DNA from: Eledone cirrhosa | Lineage: Eukaryota | Length of the DNA stretch: 64,000 nucleotides | NCBI GenBank assembly: GCA_964016885.1 | Contig: OZ024744.1 | Span: forward strand, 26,536,001 to 26,600,000 | Reading direction: 5' to 3' | Shown here: piece after piece, positions 36,008-50,110 of the stretch | How positions within the stretch are numbered: position 1 is the stretch's first letter | Layout of the letters: each line of letters starts with the position of its first letter | Program-made: the position numbers and the translations under genes | The notes under the pieces: model-generated | Databases searched by the model: none | Told to the model about the DNA's origin: nothing | The model's input: the letters and a program-made list of their open reading frames with translations, nothing else

Positions 36008-39000
36008 AAACCCCGTGACCAAGAAATACCGGGTTGGCGGCCGGCGGGGAATAGCCGTGTCTCTAGGGGAGGACGACCCCTCTAGTCTTAGTTGACACTC
36101 GTTCTAGAAGTGGTAACACGAAATGATTACTCTTTGGCGGATAAGGATAAAACGCGACAAAATAAAGTAAATGACTAATGATAAAATCTCATACAGGATC
36201 GGCCGTCACCCGGGTAAAAAATCAGCGTCCCTCAGAGAGGAACCAGTCTGGGGTCGAAAAATCAGCTAATGGTTCAAACCTTCCCATCACTTCGGAGCTG
36301 GAGAACTCCCATAACCGGAATACTCCTACTGTTGGCCCTCCATGCTCACCACCAAGAAATCCAAAGAAAAAGAGAGAAAAATGGTCAAGGGAAGATAATA
36401 AAGAAGTCCTTGAGGCTTTCTACACTGCCATGTACTACCCATCAAATACATCGAATACAGAACAGACATATATCAACTGGAAAAAGAAACATCCCGAAAA
36501 CAGAGGCTATATTGACAGTAACCAACTAGCCAATATACGAAGAAATATTGTAAAAAAAAAAGTCACTAACTCATATAGAAATTGATCAGATCAAGCTATT
36601 AGCACAAAGTCAGCGAAGGGAAAATGAAACATGTGTCAGTGAAAACGAGGTAAATTGTAACACTTCGAATCCCAGGGTTGGGGCGGAATCACTGGCAACA
36701 GAACAAATTAAAGAAAGGATCGAAAAAGTGGAGGGAGTGCATGCTCAAGATGAAACTCCAAATAAAAATAATGAGATCGTAAATGATAAAGAAATGAATA
36801 ATAATGAACTTGCCAACTTGAAGGATGAAATTATGATCGAATGGATGAAAAGGAAAGAATCTGACATGGGGCAACGAGACACCCTCCCTAAGATCCAGAA
36901 CTCCAAACAGAACCAAAAGATAATACACAAGACTAACATAATTCTCAAAAACATTATCATCACAAACAAACTAAACATTACTGATTTAAACCATCTCTAT
37001 TATGCATCGGCTAAAGTCACCACTCACTTATGTGGAGTGAAGATGAAAATACAAAGGAATTTCCACAAGAAATCTACTTGGCAAGAGAACATCAATCGCC
37101 AAATAAACCTTCTCTGATCTGACATAAACATTTTAACAAACTATAAAGTAGGTGAACATGTTAAACAAACTAAACTTAGAAAATTGAAAAGAAAGTACAG
37201 TATAAAATCAACAAGTGACATAGACATGCTGATAATAATAATCAAGCAAAAAGTGTCGGCCAAAGCTGCTCGTATAAGGCGCTTTGAAAAACGATCTAGA
37301 TTCTATAAGGACAATAATATGTTCAAAAACAACCAAAGAAACTTCTACAGAAAAATTGGTAAGTCAACAATAACTGCTAAATCAATACCACCCAAGGAGG
37401 AAGTGCAAGAATTCTGAGAAAAGATCTGGGCCGAAGAAAAAGTTCATAACATACATGCCCCATGGATAGACAGACAAATGAAAGATACATCTCACCTTGA
37501 AGAACAAATATGGGAAAATATAACAGTTGAACAGTTGCGCTTGGCTCTAAGAAAAACCAGCAAATAGAAATCCCGAGGAAAAGACAAAATACCAAATTTT
37601 TGGATAAATGCCTTCACAGTCTCATGAGCTGTTAGCCCAAATTTACAATGAAATAGTTAAGGAGCCAGAAAAGATACCATCATGGCTAGTTAACGACATT
37701 ACATTCCTGCTTCCGAAGAATGATGAGACAAACAATCCCCAAAATTACAGACCGATAACTTGCTTGACCACAATGTATAAAATGTTAACATCAGTCCTAA
37801 CTGAATACACATATGACCACCTGATAACAAATGACCTATTTCCTTTTGAGCAGAAAGGGTGTAAACGAGGCTCATATGGCTGTAAGGATCAGCTTTTGGT
37901 TAACAAAATGATGCTGGAAGATTGTCATAATAGTCACAAAAATCTATCCATTGCTTGGATAGATTATAAAAAAGCATTCGATAGTTTGCCACACAGTTGG
38001 ATTGAAAAATGTTTAGAGATTTTCGAAATATCCCCCGTTGTCAGGAGGATTTTGTCATACAGTATGAAGACATGGAAAACGACACTCCTTTTGAATAGTG
38101 AAACAAAATCACTGGAAGCTGGAGAAGTTAATATTAATTGTGGAATTTTTCAGGGTGACTCTTTATCACCGCTTTTATTCTGCATCGCACTTATACCATT
38201 AAGTAAAATGCTCAATGAAACAAAACATGGATATAAAGTCTATGACAAAACCATTAATCACTTGTTCTACATGGATGACCTGAAACTATTTGCAAAAAAT
38301 GATGAACAATTGCAAGGGCTATTATCCACTGTGGAGCAGTTCAGTGATGACATTAAAATGGAGTTTGGACTAGATAAATGCGCCAAAGCAACGTTCACCA
38401 GAGGAAAGCTGCTGAAGAGTTCAGACATTAATCTTGATCGGGAGAACGTGATAAGAGAACTTGATCAAGAAAAAACTTACAAATATCTAGGTGTTTGTGA
38501 AGGAGACGGAATCAAGCACTCGAAAATGAGGGAAAGGATAAGGAAGGAATGTTACCGCAGAGTAAGAGCAATCTTAAGAACGGAATTGAATGCAAGGAAT
38601 AGGATCGATGCCATAAACACGCTTGCCATACCAGTAGTAACCTACAGCTACAATGTCATCAACTGGTCAAGCACAGAGATCCGTAGGCTCGATACAAAAA
38701 TTCGAAAATTCTTAACCATGCACAGAATGCATCACCCTAAGGCAGATACAGATAGAATATATCTCCCTAGGAAAGAAGGAGGACGTGGGTTAATCCAGTT
38801 AGACACTGCGTTGAAAACTGCAACAATTGGATTATCTACATATCTGAGGGAATCACATGATTGGATGATCAAACTCATTTTGAAACACGAAAGCATCAAA
38901 AGATCATATTCCATTACAAAAGATGCACAAAGATACAGTAATGGACTACAAATTTCAGAAGTCCCATTTACTGCTGACATGGAAAACACAGAAAAAGCAA

Positions 39001-39933
39001 GGCAGGTAAAAGTAACTGCAAAGAAAGAACTACTACAGAAACTGGCTAAGACATGGCAAGAAAAGGCTCTGTATGGAAAATACCCAGATGTTGACAAAAC
39101 TTTAACCCATCAGTGGTTGGCATCCTCTGGACTGAAATCGGAGACTGAAGGACTGATTATATCAGCACAAGATCAGTGTCTGCCAACAAAAAATTACCAA
39201 GCCAACATAATAAAAAATGGATGCAGCCCATTATGCCGTGTATGCAAAAAACAACCAGAGACCATTGACCATATAATTTCAATGTGCAGTCCTATAGCTC
39301 CAACCGAATACCTAAACAGGCATGACAGAGCTGCACAATACATACATTGGATAATGTGTAAGCATTTTGACCTGCCCCATCAAAAGAATTGGTGGGAGCA
39401 TCAACCACCTCCCATACTTGAAAAAGATCACATCTCAATCTTGTGGAACTTTAGCATCCAAACAGACCGAAAAATAGATGCAAATAGACCTGATATAATA
39501 TTGAAGGACTTTAAAAAGAGAGTATATCTGCTAATTGATATGTCTGTTCCAATAGACAAGAATGTATCTATAAAAACATTTGAAAAATTGAGCAAGTATA
39601 AGGACCTGGAGATAGAAATTGGAAAAATGTGGAAATTGAGAACTAAAACAATACCAGTGATTGTAGGCGCTCTGGGAATAATACCTAAGGGGTCTAATGA
39701 TTACTTATCGCAAATCCCAGGAAAACCGCGTATAGGAGAATTACAAAAGATAGTACTAATGGGAACTGCCCATATACTAAGGAATATTCTGTCAATATAA
39801 GTACATCACTAAAGATGCATGTGTGAGTATGTATGTTCTTTCTTGAACATGGCGGACCTTGTTGTCTCTTGAGGTCACTGGTTGTGACTTGGTGATAACT
39901 CGTATGAACATAAAGCAAGATAAATGCAACTGT
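36008..39933 (+). mobile_element. Dong/R4-like LINE family 2, near full-length
   Basis: N-terminal fragments 36178-37417. ORF 37608-39800 has YRPITCL, FQGDSLSP, YMDD, CRVCKKQPETIDHIISMC, RHD and RPD. The 3'UTR is followed by (AAT)n. Confidence 0.92.
37608..39800 (+). CDS. RT-CCHC-RLE portion of the family 2 ORF (730 aa open)
   Basis: Intact RT motifs and PD-(D/E)xK nuclease. The upstream part is disrupted. Confidence 0.8.
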   Translation: MPSQSHELLAQIYNEIVKEPEKIPSWLVNDITFLLPKNDETNNPQNYRPITCLTTMYKMLTSVLTEYTYDHLITNDLFPFEQKGCKRGSYGCKDQLLVNKMMLEDCHNSHKNLSIAWIDYKKAFDSLPHSWIEKCLEIFEISPVVRRILSYSMKTWKTTLLLNSETKSLEAGEVNINCGIFQGDSLSPLLFCIALIPLSKMLNETKHGYKVYDKTINHLFYMDDLKLFAKNDEQLQGLLSTVEQFSDDIKMEFGLDKCAKATFTRGKLLKSSDINLDRENVIRELDQEKTYKYLGVCEGDGIKHSKMRERIRKECYRRVRAILRTELNARNRIDAINTLAIPVVTYSYNVINWSSTEIRRLDTKIRKFLTMHRMHHPKADTDRIYLPRKEGGRGLIQLDTALKTATIGLSTYLRESHDWMIKLILKHESIKRSYSITKDAQRYSNGLQISEVPFTADMENTEKARQVKVTAKKELLQKLAKTWQEKALYGKYPDVDKTLTHQWLASSGLKSETEGLIISAQDQCLPTKNYQANIIKNGCSPLCRVCKKQPETIDHIISMCSPIAPTEYLNRHDRAAQYIHWIMCKHFDLPHQKNWWEHQPPPILEKDHISILWNFSIQTDRKIDANRPDIILKDFKKRVYLLIDMSVPIDKNVSIKTFEKLSKYKDLEIEIGKMWKLRTKTIPVIVGALGIIPKGSNDYLSQIPGKPRIGELQKIVLMGTAHILRNILSI

Positions 39934-39970
39934 AATAATAATACTAATAATAATAATAATAAATAATAAT

Positions 39971-42900
39971 GATTTCTATATTGGCCACAAGGGCTGACAT
40001 CAAGAAAAACATTACAGACGACACAAGACGGCACAGGACGGTACGATGTGGGTTTTGTGCGTGTAAATATTTTTATTATTTATATAAGAAAGAAAAAAAA
40101 AAGGACATAGAAACATATATATATATAAACAATAAAAATGAAAATTGAAACAATGAAAAATTCTCCAATATGGGGGAAACCTCTGAGGGTTACTCGAGGC
40201 GAAAACCACACAAAAGACCACGGCCACCCTGACCACCAAGGCAAGCGCCCTCTCTCAATTTTTCCATTTCTCAAACTACAGCCGTATATTCAGAGCGGTC
40301 CCGTTCACTCGGACCATTCTCGCTACATTCATCCACCTTTCAACAAACTTGCTAGAAGGCAGCACTTGCCTCTCCACCCTGATTTTCCTCTTCAAGTGAA
40401 ACTTGAAAAAGTTAATTAGGGATTCGCCAAAGAGGAAAGTGCCTGTCTTTAACCCTTTCAACCTTGTCCACCACACAATCTCTTTCGCCATTGCCACCAG
40501 GCAGATGAAAACCGCCTGCCCTTCCTCCTCGAAGGAAGACGGCGAGACCATCTGCACAATGGACTCAGTCGATAACCGGATCAGTCCTACACGCGACAGC
40601 AACTGTTCGACATAGCTCCACAAGTCAGCAATACTCGGACACTGAATGAGTGCGTGCACGACGGTTTCGTCGCTCTGCGCGCAGGCTCGTACAGGCTCGG
40701 CTGACGGCTCTTCTGTACCTGTAGAGCTTATCTCAAACCGGCAGCTCTCCCCGGCAGTACTGCCAAGCCAGGGATTTTTGGAAGTTATCCATAGGCCCCG
40801 GGCTGAAAGTTCTCCGGAAGAGAGCAAACAGTTGATCTTCGACACCCAGGATCTCTCCGAGAATGTCGTCTCTCTTCCCCTCCACTAGTCCTCTATAGAA
40901 CGCGAGGTGGATGTTCCACCGATACTGGTGCCCAGCTGGCAGAGGGCAGTGAGCGCCTGGAGACATTCCAATTTCCAAGCGCTATCCCTCGGTCTTTTCC
41001 TGACCCAGGACTGCAGCTCCGTCAAGGAGCCGAGCTGCGGGAAAATGAGCCTGGCGAACGGCGACCACACCTGTTCACCATCAAGGAAGCACCAGAGATG
41101 TCGCAGCCTCAACGCATGTTTGCGCATCATCATTCATGGCATGCCCAGTCCTCCACGCAACGGGTGTTGACAGCAGATGGATCGTCTGATCATGAGAGCG
41201 CGTCCCTTCCACAAAAAGCGGAAGAGGCGCTCCATTTTGGTGAGAGTTGGGCTGGAGCAAGGGACGACGGTGAGGCGGTAGCAGATGACGGATGCGACAT
41301 ACGCATTCGCCACCTCCGCCCGGCCTTTCAGGGACAGCCTCCTCTCGGCCCATTTCTGGGTGAGGGAGGCCACCCTGCTCGTCACCTCCTTCCAGTTTTT
41401 CTCCATCTGGAGGTCGGGTCCGCACCAGACCCCGAGCAATTTAACAGGTCCGTCCGTCCTACGCCCTGCGACGATGTCGGACGGCATGGACTTGCCTCTC
41501 CAGGTGCCAAGCTGCAAGCCCACCGACTTTTCCTGGTTCATCTTTGCTCCTGTCACCGCTTCGTATTCCTTGAGAGCGGTGCCGAGCATCTGGACGTGTC
41601 TGGTGTCGACACCACCACGGTGACGTCGTCAGCGTAAGTCGACTCGGATTTCCCGCATCCTAGTTCGCGTGGGACGCCCCTCATCACCCCCAGTTTGTGC
41701 AGTAACGGCTCGAGAGCCAATACGTACAAGAGGGACGAGAGGGGACAACCCTGGCGGACTGAGCGCATGATGCTGAACGGCTGCGACAGGTGACCGTTCG
41801 CCCTCACAACTGAGCACATGTCGCTGTACATTGCTACGATCCAACCCCTGAAAACGGGCCCGAAACCGGCTGCCTCGAGGACCGCCGCCAGGTACCGATG
41901 GTCGACCCTATCGAATGCTTTGGATTGATCCAAGTTGATCAGGGCCCCACCCTTGCAAAGTTCCTTGATCACCCTCTCTATGATGTATCGCATGAGGTGG
42001 AGGTTCTCGTGTATAGATCTGTCCGGCATGTCTGCACCTCTCCTAACAGACCTTTTACGACAAGCGCCAACCTCGTTGCTAACACCTTGGCCAAAATCTT
42101 GAACTCTGCGTTTAGCAGAGATATGGGCCTGAAATTGTCGATAACATCCCCCTTGTTCGGGTCTTTTCTCAGCAGCGACACTGCCCCCCGGCTCACAAAA
42201 TTGGGAATGCTCCCGTTCTGCTGCCAGTTGCAGTAGACGTCTGCCAAGAGATCACCGAACAAGTCTGACATAAATGCATAAAGCTCGTAGGGCAGACCAT
42301 CCAAAGCTAGCGATTTACCCTTGTGCTGTTAGCTATCGCTTCCGTATTTCACCGGCTGTTATTGGCTTTTCGCAACACTGTGCTGCGGTCGACGAGAGCC
42401 GAGGCAGTCTGTCGAGGTATGCACTGAAGTCCATGCCCCGATCCGGGCCGCCGCCGCTCCGAACAGTTCAGCAAAGTGCTGCTGAAAAGCTTCACACATC
42501 CGCTCGGGTCCGGGCATCACACACCCGTTTTGGTCAGACAAAGACCGAATTGTAGTTTTGTTGCCACTTCGCGCCTCTGCCACCCGGGCCCATTGGACGG
42601 CTTATGTCCCCTCGTGTTTCAGAGCACGTGCTCTAGCTCTGACAACGCAGCCTTCGTGTTTTGCGTTGTAGAATTGGTCGAGTGCCAATCTCGCCGCAAG
42701 AACGTCGGTTGCGATGCCTGTCCTAAACGCCTCTTTTAGCTTTCTGACTAGCTCTCCCTCTACTCTATTTTCCTCTATCACAACTCCTTTGCTAAACCTA
42801 ATCGACTCTACTTTAATTGCCCTTTTCAGGGCGAACCACCACCTGTTGTTGACGATCGCTCCCGTCAACGCCCGCTTAACTAATACGCTAACCCAGTCTT

Positions 42901-44409
42901 TGTAGGCTTTGCGCGCCGGGAAAGACGCGTTCAGTTTCCAGTAACCAGGTCCCTGTCTATGAAGTCTGTCTATGTCGATCTCACAGATCACAAATTTGTG
43001 GTCTGTGTAGTCGACTATTTTAAATTGTGGACAACTTATACTAGCCTTATCTAGTTCTCTGCAGAATACCCTATCGAGATACGATCTGGATGACCCGAAG
43101 CGGTTTGTCCATGTCCACATTGGCACATTCGGGTGATCCAGTCGATACCTGTCAGACAGTTCAAAACGTCTGAGCAGGTTGGTGAGGCTCTTGCACCCTC
43201 CTCGCTTATCCACTAGCCCACATGCATCCAAGATACCGTTCCAGTCGCCGACTAACACTAAAGAGCGGGACGTTCCAAGAAAAGTCTCTAGACGTCTGAA
43301 GAAATATGGCCGTCCTGGCCCTGTTGGAGCGTAGACGGCTACTATCCTGAAAGCATTGGCTTCGCTGCCGGTCACGTACACCACCACCGACTTACATTCT
43401 GGGTCTAGGAAGATGGCCCGTATCGCGAGATCCAAGCCTCTCCGAAAAAGGACGGCAGCCCCTCCCCCCGATCCTGGACGGCTGGCAGATGCGTATACAT
43501 CGTAGCCGCCGAAGATGGTGCGAAGGCTTGTGCTTCGGAGATTCTGGTTTCACTGATGGCCAACACATCTAGGTTTAGTTACCTGAGGTCGTTGAGCAGG
43601 TGACCCGGCTTCCAAGATGACCCCAGGCCACGTGCATTTATACTGCCTATTCTGAGTACGGCCATGTTGGATGAGAAACAGTGCAAGTGAGAAAGGGTCA
43701 CTTACCTTGATGGTGTGGTGAAGGGACAGTAGAACCGTCCCTTTCGCAGCTTATGGGTCTTTCCAAGAGGATGTCAGTGTATATCCTCATGGTAACCGAC
43801 CCTCTGAAGTCTCCAACTGCGTTGGGGAATTTTTGTTTTAAAGGTTTGTACTGTTCTATTTATATTTCGATGATGCTTATGTTTGTCGGGAGAGTTCTTG
43901 GTGTTGGTAAGGTGTAGTAGTTTTTTTCTGTGATGTCTGTGTGCTGCTTTATATATTGTATGAGTTCTTTTTTTGCCATGTTTATGGCTGTGTACTTTTT
44001 GGGGGGAGGGATGATTTTGTTGCTGTTTTCTTCTTGTTGCTGTTTGGTGCGTGTGTCTTGTTGTGTTTGCGTTGTTGGTGTTTTTGGTGATGCTTGTGGT
44101 GGTGTAGTTGTTTTTGTCAGTGGTGCTTGTGGTGGTGATGGCGGTGGTGTTGCTGCAAGTTTCCTTGTTGCCTTTACCCCTCTTTGTATGCCTTCGCTTT
44201 TGGAGGGTGAATCTAAGGGTTTTTTTCTTTTTTCAATTTTGTGGCAGACCGTTTGCCACTTCTCTCCCGCCTCAAACACCATGTCGGATTCTGTGGGGTC
44301 TAGGAGGGGTATGTGCTCCACGGCTCGTGGTGGTGGTGGTAGTGGAGCCCTCTTCGGCAATGTTGTTGCTGGTGTAGCTACTTCAAATGTAGCTATTGGT
44401 GTTGCCGCC
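39971..44409 (-). mobile_element. Tx1-like LINE copy D (diverged subfamily, 5'-truncated in ORF1)
   Basis: APE 42602-43665, RT 41553-42304 (YADD), C-terminus 40276-41589. Inserted between (AAT)n tracts 39934-39970 and 44410-44420. Confidence 0.92.
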
Positions 44410-44423
44410 ATAATAATAATGAT

Positions 44424-46108
44424 AAGTATGAAGTCCTGGGAAACAGAGCTAACATCAGGTGGAGAATCCTTGTGAGGCGTGAAGATCAAGAGAGTTATCT
44501 TCCAGGGAAATAGTTCGGCCTCTTTGTTGTTTGTCCTTGCCCTCATACCCCTGTCCCTCATAGTGCGAAAAGTGAGAGCAGGATACAAGTTGGAAACAGA
44601 AGAGTTTACCATCAACCACCTTCTCTTCAAGGACGATCTAAAACACTTTGGGAAAAAGGAGAGGGAGTTGGATGTACTTGCTAACACTGTATTTTCAGCA
44701 ATGATATGTGTAATTGAATTTGATGTGGAGTCCTAGTGATGAGGAGGAGTAAATTGAGCAGAAGCAACGGAATCCAGGTACCAACAGGTGAGATGATGAA
44801 GGAAATTGACACTGAAGAAGGATACGAATATTTAGGTGTTCTGGAGGCAGATGAAATCAAGAACAAAAACAAATGAAGGAATTTATGAGATCTGAGCACA
44901 TTAGGAGAGTAAGGAGCGTATTAAAATCACATCTGAATAGTAGGAATGTCATAAGTGCAGTAAATTCCCGAGCTGTGTCTATTATTAGGTACAGTGCGGG
45001 AATTCTGAGATGGAATGTTGCTGAAGAAAAAAAAATGGATAGGAAGACTAGGAAGATAATGACTATCTACAACATGTTCCACAAGAGGAGTGATGTCGAT
45101 AGACTCTACTTAAGGAGATCTGAAGATGGAAGAGGTCTTATCAGCATAGAGGACTGTGTTCAGATGGAGAAAAACAACCTGCACAAATATGTGGCTGACA
45201 GTAGGGAGGCAATGCTCAGAATTGTACTGAAAGAGAGGACAATAGACCAGGGGATGTCCAAGGAGGAAATAACATCAAGGAGAAAGAGCAGCCTTCAGGA
45301 AAAATCCCTTCATAGTACCTTCTTTGAGAAAACTGAATTCAGAGATCCACAGACATGGAACTGGTTAAAAAGAGGAGACCTTAAAAAGGCTACAGAAGGA
45401 ATGCTAATGGCTGCGCAAGAGCAGGCCCTCAGAACGAAGTGGGTGAAACACCATATTTACAAGGAGGAGGCTAGCTCACTGTGTAGGATCTGTGGAGAGA
45501 GGAGACTGTGGCTCACATTGTAGCCCAGACTCACTATAAAGGCTGGAGACATGATGTGATTGTCAGGGTGATCCACTGGCACCTATGCAAAGTAAACAAT
45601 TTACCACATTCTGAGAAGTAGTATGAGCATAAGCCAGAGTCGGTGATAGAAAACGATAATGGTGAAGTTGCTGTGGGATTTTAGGATACAGGCGGACAAG
45701 AAACTGGAACACAATAGACCCGACCTGGTGGTTTTGAACAAGGAAAACAGATCGTGCCTGATTGTAGATGTAGCCTACCCATTTTACACAATTGTGTAAG
45801 AAAAGGAGAGGGAGAAAATTAAGCGATACCAGGCCTTATAGTGGGAGGTAAAAAGGATTCTGGACTGTCATGAGATCCAGATCATCCCGATTGTCATAGA
45901 TAGCACTTGGTACTATCTCGAAGAGTTTTCAAGGATCGTTAAAGAACATCAGTCCAGACCCATTTTTTGAACACTTCAAAATGCCTGCTTGCTGGGAACA
46001 GCAAGAACCCTCCGATACGTCCTGAATATCTGAGGCTGCAGGTAGTGGCTTGATATTCATTTCAACAAACTTTCCAGTTAAATAACGTCAATGACTGAGA
46101 CTCCAAGA
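44424..46108 (+). mobile_element. Dong/R4-like LINE family 1, older 5'-truncated copy
   Basis: Collinear with 29028-30686, with more substitutions and stops. Same 3'UTR. Confidence 0.9.
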
Positions 46109-46120
46109 AGTAAAACAAAA

Positions 46121-46215
46121 TTGTTTCTACTTTTGACACTAAGCCATCAATTATCCTAGTGCATTAATGGTGCTTTATTCTTTCGACCTCATAAGGATGA
46201 AAGGCAAAGTTAACC
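46121..46215 (-). mobile_element. Truncated SINE (family of 5668-5853) in the tail of the Dong copy
   Basis: ttgtttctactttt...tcgacctcataaggatgaaaggcaaagttaacc. Confidence 0.82.
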
Positions 46216-46223
46216 ATCGTTAA

Positions 46224-46305
46224 GTCCGACAAGCTTTTGATTCCGTAGTCAAGTCCGATCGATGCAGATCGAGACTTGAGCTGTTTATCGCGAAACGCGC
46301 GTCAC
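46224..46305 (+). ncRNA. Degenerate long-stem-II hammerhead-like motif
   Basis: gt CCGACAA gc...gc GAAA cgcgcg TC ac. Homologous to 9289-9373(-) and 59124-59206. Confidence 0.4.
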
Positions 46306-46365
46306 ACCCCAATAAATGTAATGAAGATTTAGATTTATAGCACCACGTCCTTTTTATTGTTATTA

Positions 46366-46434
<69 letters not shown>

Positions 46435-46495
46435 TGTACATATGTATATACACATACATCATACATATATACATATACATATATATATATATACA

Positions 46496-46564
<69 letters not shown>

Positions 46565-46896
46565 CCTGTGTGTGTATATATATACTTAGCATTATGTTCC
46601 AACATCCAAATTGATTTATTTTACTTTTGTTGCCAAAGGTTTTTATTTTTAAATTTTTATATTCTTAAGAATATTTAAAAAACAAATAGAACATATATGT
46701 AACACTTCCATAAAACATGCACTCACACCCATTTATACCCACATACATATATATATACACATACTCACCCAGACACTGACAAACATCGATTAAAATGCAC
46801 TCACACACATATATGTTATCACAGACACATATATTATCACGCACACACATATATATTATCACGCACACACATATATATATTATCAGACACACACAG

Positions 46897-46937
<41 letters not shown>

Positions 46938-47429
46938 TATAAACATACGTACTCACATATACATACACACATGCACACATACACTGACGAACATAGATTA
47001 CACGCATACACACACATATCAACACACGCACACATTACAGAAATGCATGAACCAATAACAAAAACAGAATATTAACATGCACAAATATAAAATCATACTG
47101 AATATATATGTATGTATGTGTGTATATATGTATGTGTGTATGTGTGTATATATGCATGTATGTATGTATGTAAATGTATGTATATATGTATGTACGTTTC
47201 TATGTTCTTCTGGTTTTATAATTTCACAAATGTTTCCCAATAGAGAGAGAGTTGGTTTCTAACATGGACACAAGACTCGCTCATTGGAATTTACACAAAT
47301 TCAACTAGGTAGATATGTATGTATGCATGTGTAGATATGGATGTTATTGTATGTGTGGATGTGGATGTTTTGAGCTGTATGTGTGCATGTGTATATGCTT
47401 TGTATCTGTACATGTGTATATGCAGTTAT

Positions 47430-48625
47430 TAGATGCAAAATATTTGGAATGTTTTACATATTTTACTGTTCCATTAATGGATTGTACTTGTATTTCCTAA
47501 CTAGTTGTGTTCTCTCTTTTTCTGTGAAGCCCAGCTTCTCAAGATTTGTATTGAGGCAGTTACTAACATACCCCAGTGCCCCAATAATCACAGGCATAAA
47601 TCTGAAGGTGTAATCAGGGTGGAGTATCTGCAGATTTCTCATTAGTTCTGCATAAATATTCTCCTTTTCGCTAAACTTTGATATTATATTGTTATCTGCT
47701 GGGCAGCTAACTTCCACTACTGTGCATGTTTTCTTCTCCCTGTCCCATATCATAATATCTGGTTTGTTATGCCTGCATTTTATTGGGGTTTTTACTGGTG
47801 CATTCCACCAGTACTCTTTCATATTATGTGTCTGTATCTTTTCCACATTGCTGTAGCTTTTAATGTGTTCATTATCGGGGCTATGTTTTCTACGGTGTTT
47901 TGGCCACTGCATCATGCCTCATAGGTAGATAGTACCGCGATGACATCATTGGACAGCTGCTTATGACATGAGTGACATCTTCGATGTTAATTCTGCAGAA
48001 TCTGCACTTGTTATCACATCTAGGTGTTTTGCCTGCATCCCTATCTCTTTTGTGAATCAGGTATTTAGTGTTGATTTCCTGTTCTTGGATTGCAAAAGCG
48101 TATCCTTCAAAGTGGGAGCCAATATAGCGGTTGTTGGTCCAAGATAGACTACTTTCTTTATCTATATTACTCTCACTCTGGAGCTTCCTGGCAACATATC
48201 CATGCATGATGTTTTGCTGATAAGCATGCAGTTTTTCATCCATGGATTCACTGCGATGCTGCTGAGCGACTTCCCTGGGTGTGGGCTTTTGATTATCACA
48301 CAGGGAATATATCTCGAGGAGTTCCTTCCCAACTCTCATGATCTTATCTGTTTCATGCAGATAGACTTGCTCGAGAAACGGGCTCCTACGCTTCGAGGTT
48401 CGTAGATGATGTCGGAGAGATATAATGCGACATTCAAATGTTATCTGGACTGATGTGAGGCATCTGCCTCCCTGCTTACGTTTCAAGTAAAGACGGTCTA
48501 TGTCACTGTTGATGTGGAAGTTTCCGGTGTTGTTTAGTATTTTTCGAGTTCCAACATCAACTGCTCGGATTTCGTCTATCGTCCAATTGAGTATTCTAAA
48601 CGTTGGTGTTAGGACAGGCACAGCA
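47430..48625 (-). mobile_element. RLE LINE family 3 (Dong/R4-like) 3' fragment
   Basis: DIDRLYLKRKQGGR, AIQEQ, CRFCRINIEDVTHVISSC, RHD and NKPDI..VEVSCP motifs. Confidence 0.88.
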
Positions 48626-48859
48626 AACACATTGTGAGCCTCTGTTTTGTTTTGCGCAGAGAGTTCCGATGACCATGTATGTATGTATGTATGTATGTAT
48701 GTATGTATGTATGTATGTATGTATGTATGTGTATATTATTATTGTTGTTGTTGTCGTTATTATTATTGTTGTAATTATTATGTTTTTTTTCTCGTGCAAT
48801 AGCCCTACTCGATAACGAGGGGGCAGCCATCGTGTATGTGTGTATGTATGTAGGTATGA

Positions 48860-49760
48860 GTAAGGTAAACGACTTGAAGTCGTTGATCAGTTTGTCAACC
48901 TGGGAAGCACTGTCAATCGATACAGCAACCTTCATAATGAAATCCCGCTCAGGATTAGGAAAGCAAGTGATGCTTTCGGAAAGCTAGAAAGGCGAATCTG
49001 GGGTCGGCGAGACATATGCAAGAAGACAAAGGTAAAGGTGTACAAGGCATGTGTGCTCTCATCGTTTCTTTATGCCTGCGAGACCTGGGTTACATATCGA
49101 CAGCACCTTAAGCAATTGGAGCGTTTCCATCAGATGTATCTCAGACGGATCCATGGCGTTCACTGGAGGGACCACATCAGTGATGTCGAGATTTTGGAAA
49201 GCTCTCTGTGTGACAGTATAGAAGCTCTTCTGCTTAAGCAAAGATTCCGTTGGAGTGGTCACCTTGCCAGGATAAAGGATTCTAGAATACCAAAACTATT
49301 TTATGGAGAGTTGGTTAAAGTAAAACGACCGCCACATAAACCAAAAAAGAGGTATAAGGATTCCTAGAAAGCCTCTTTGAAAGACACTAACATCTCTGCT
49401 GATACATGGGAAAATGTTGCTGGTGATCGTAATAAATGGAGAAAGACTGTATATGAGAGGAAAGTGACATCTCGAGTCGAATTACGAAAAAGGAAAGCGG
49501 GATAGGAGGAAGGGCATTGCTGTTGCATTTCCAGACGGCGAGGGTCCTCCTATGGCGCTGACATGCAGCGTCTGTGCGAGACTCTGCTTAAGCAAAGCTG
49601 GACTCGAAAGTCATCTTCGCAGTCATAAAGTAAGACCAGTGGTTGACTACCAGGCTGCTGTTGGAGATGCTACTCATCATGCTTGCCAAACATGTGGTAG
49701 AGAATGTAAATCAGCAGGAGGGCTGAAACGACATGCACAAGTACACGAACTCCAACCACA
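48860..49760 (+). mobile_element. RTE-clade LINE 3' half with C2H2 zinc fingers
   Basis: YACETW, LERFHQ, RWSGH, PKLFYGEL; CSVC..HLRSH and CQTC..HAQVH. Confidence 0.87.
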
Positions 49761-50110
49761 ATGCATATATGCATACATACACATACATACACATACATAC
49801 ATAATTAGATACATACACACATACATAAATAACTACATACATATTTACTTACACTTATACATACATACATTCTTACATGCATGCATATATATATATATAT
49901 ATAAATACATACATATATGCATACACACATACATACGTTCATACGTTCTTGCATACATTCATATCTACATAGATGCATATATATATACATATATATACAT
50001 ATATTTATACACGCATAGATATATATGTACATACATGGATATACATATATACATAGATATATACATACATAGATATATACATACATACATAGATATATAC
50101 ATATATACAT

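Noticed and set aside
43860-44687. Apparent 275-aa chimeric ORF crossing the Dong/Tx1 junction
   Set aside because: Antisense Dong sequence reads through (ATT)n into a truncated Tx1 ORF1. Fortuitous.
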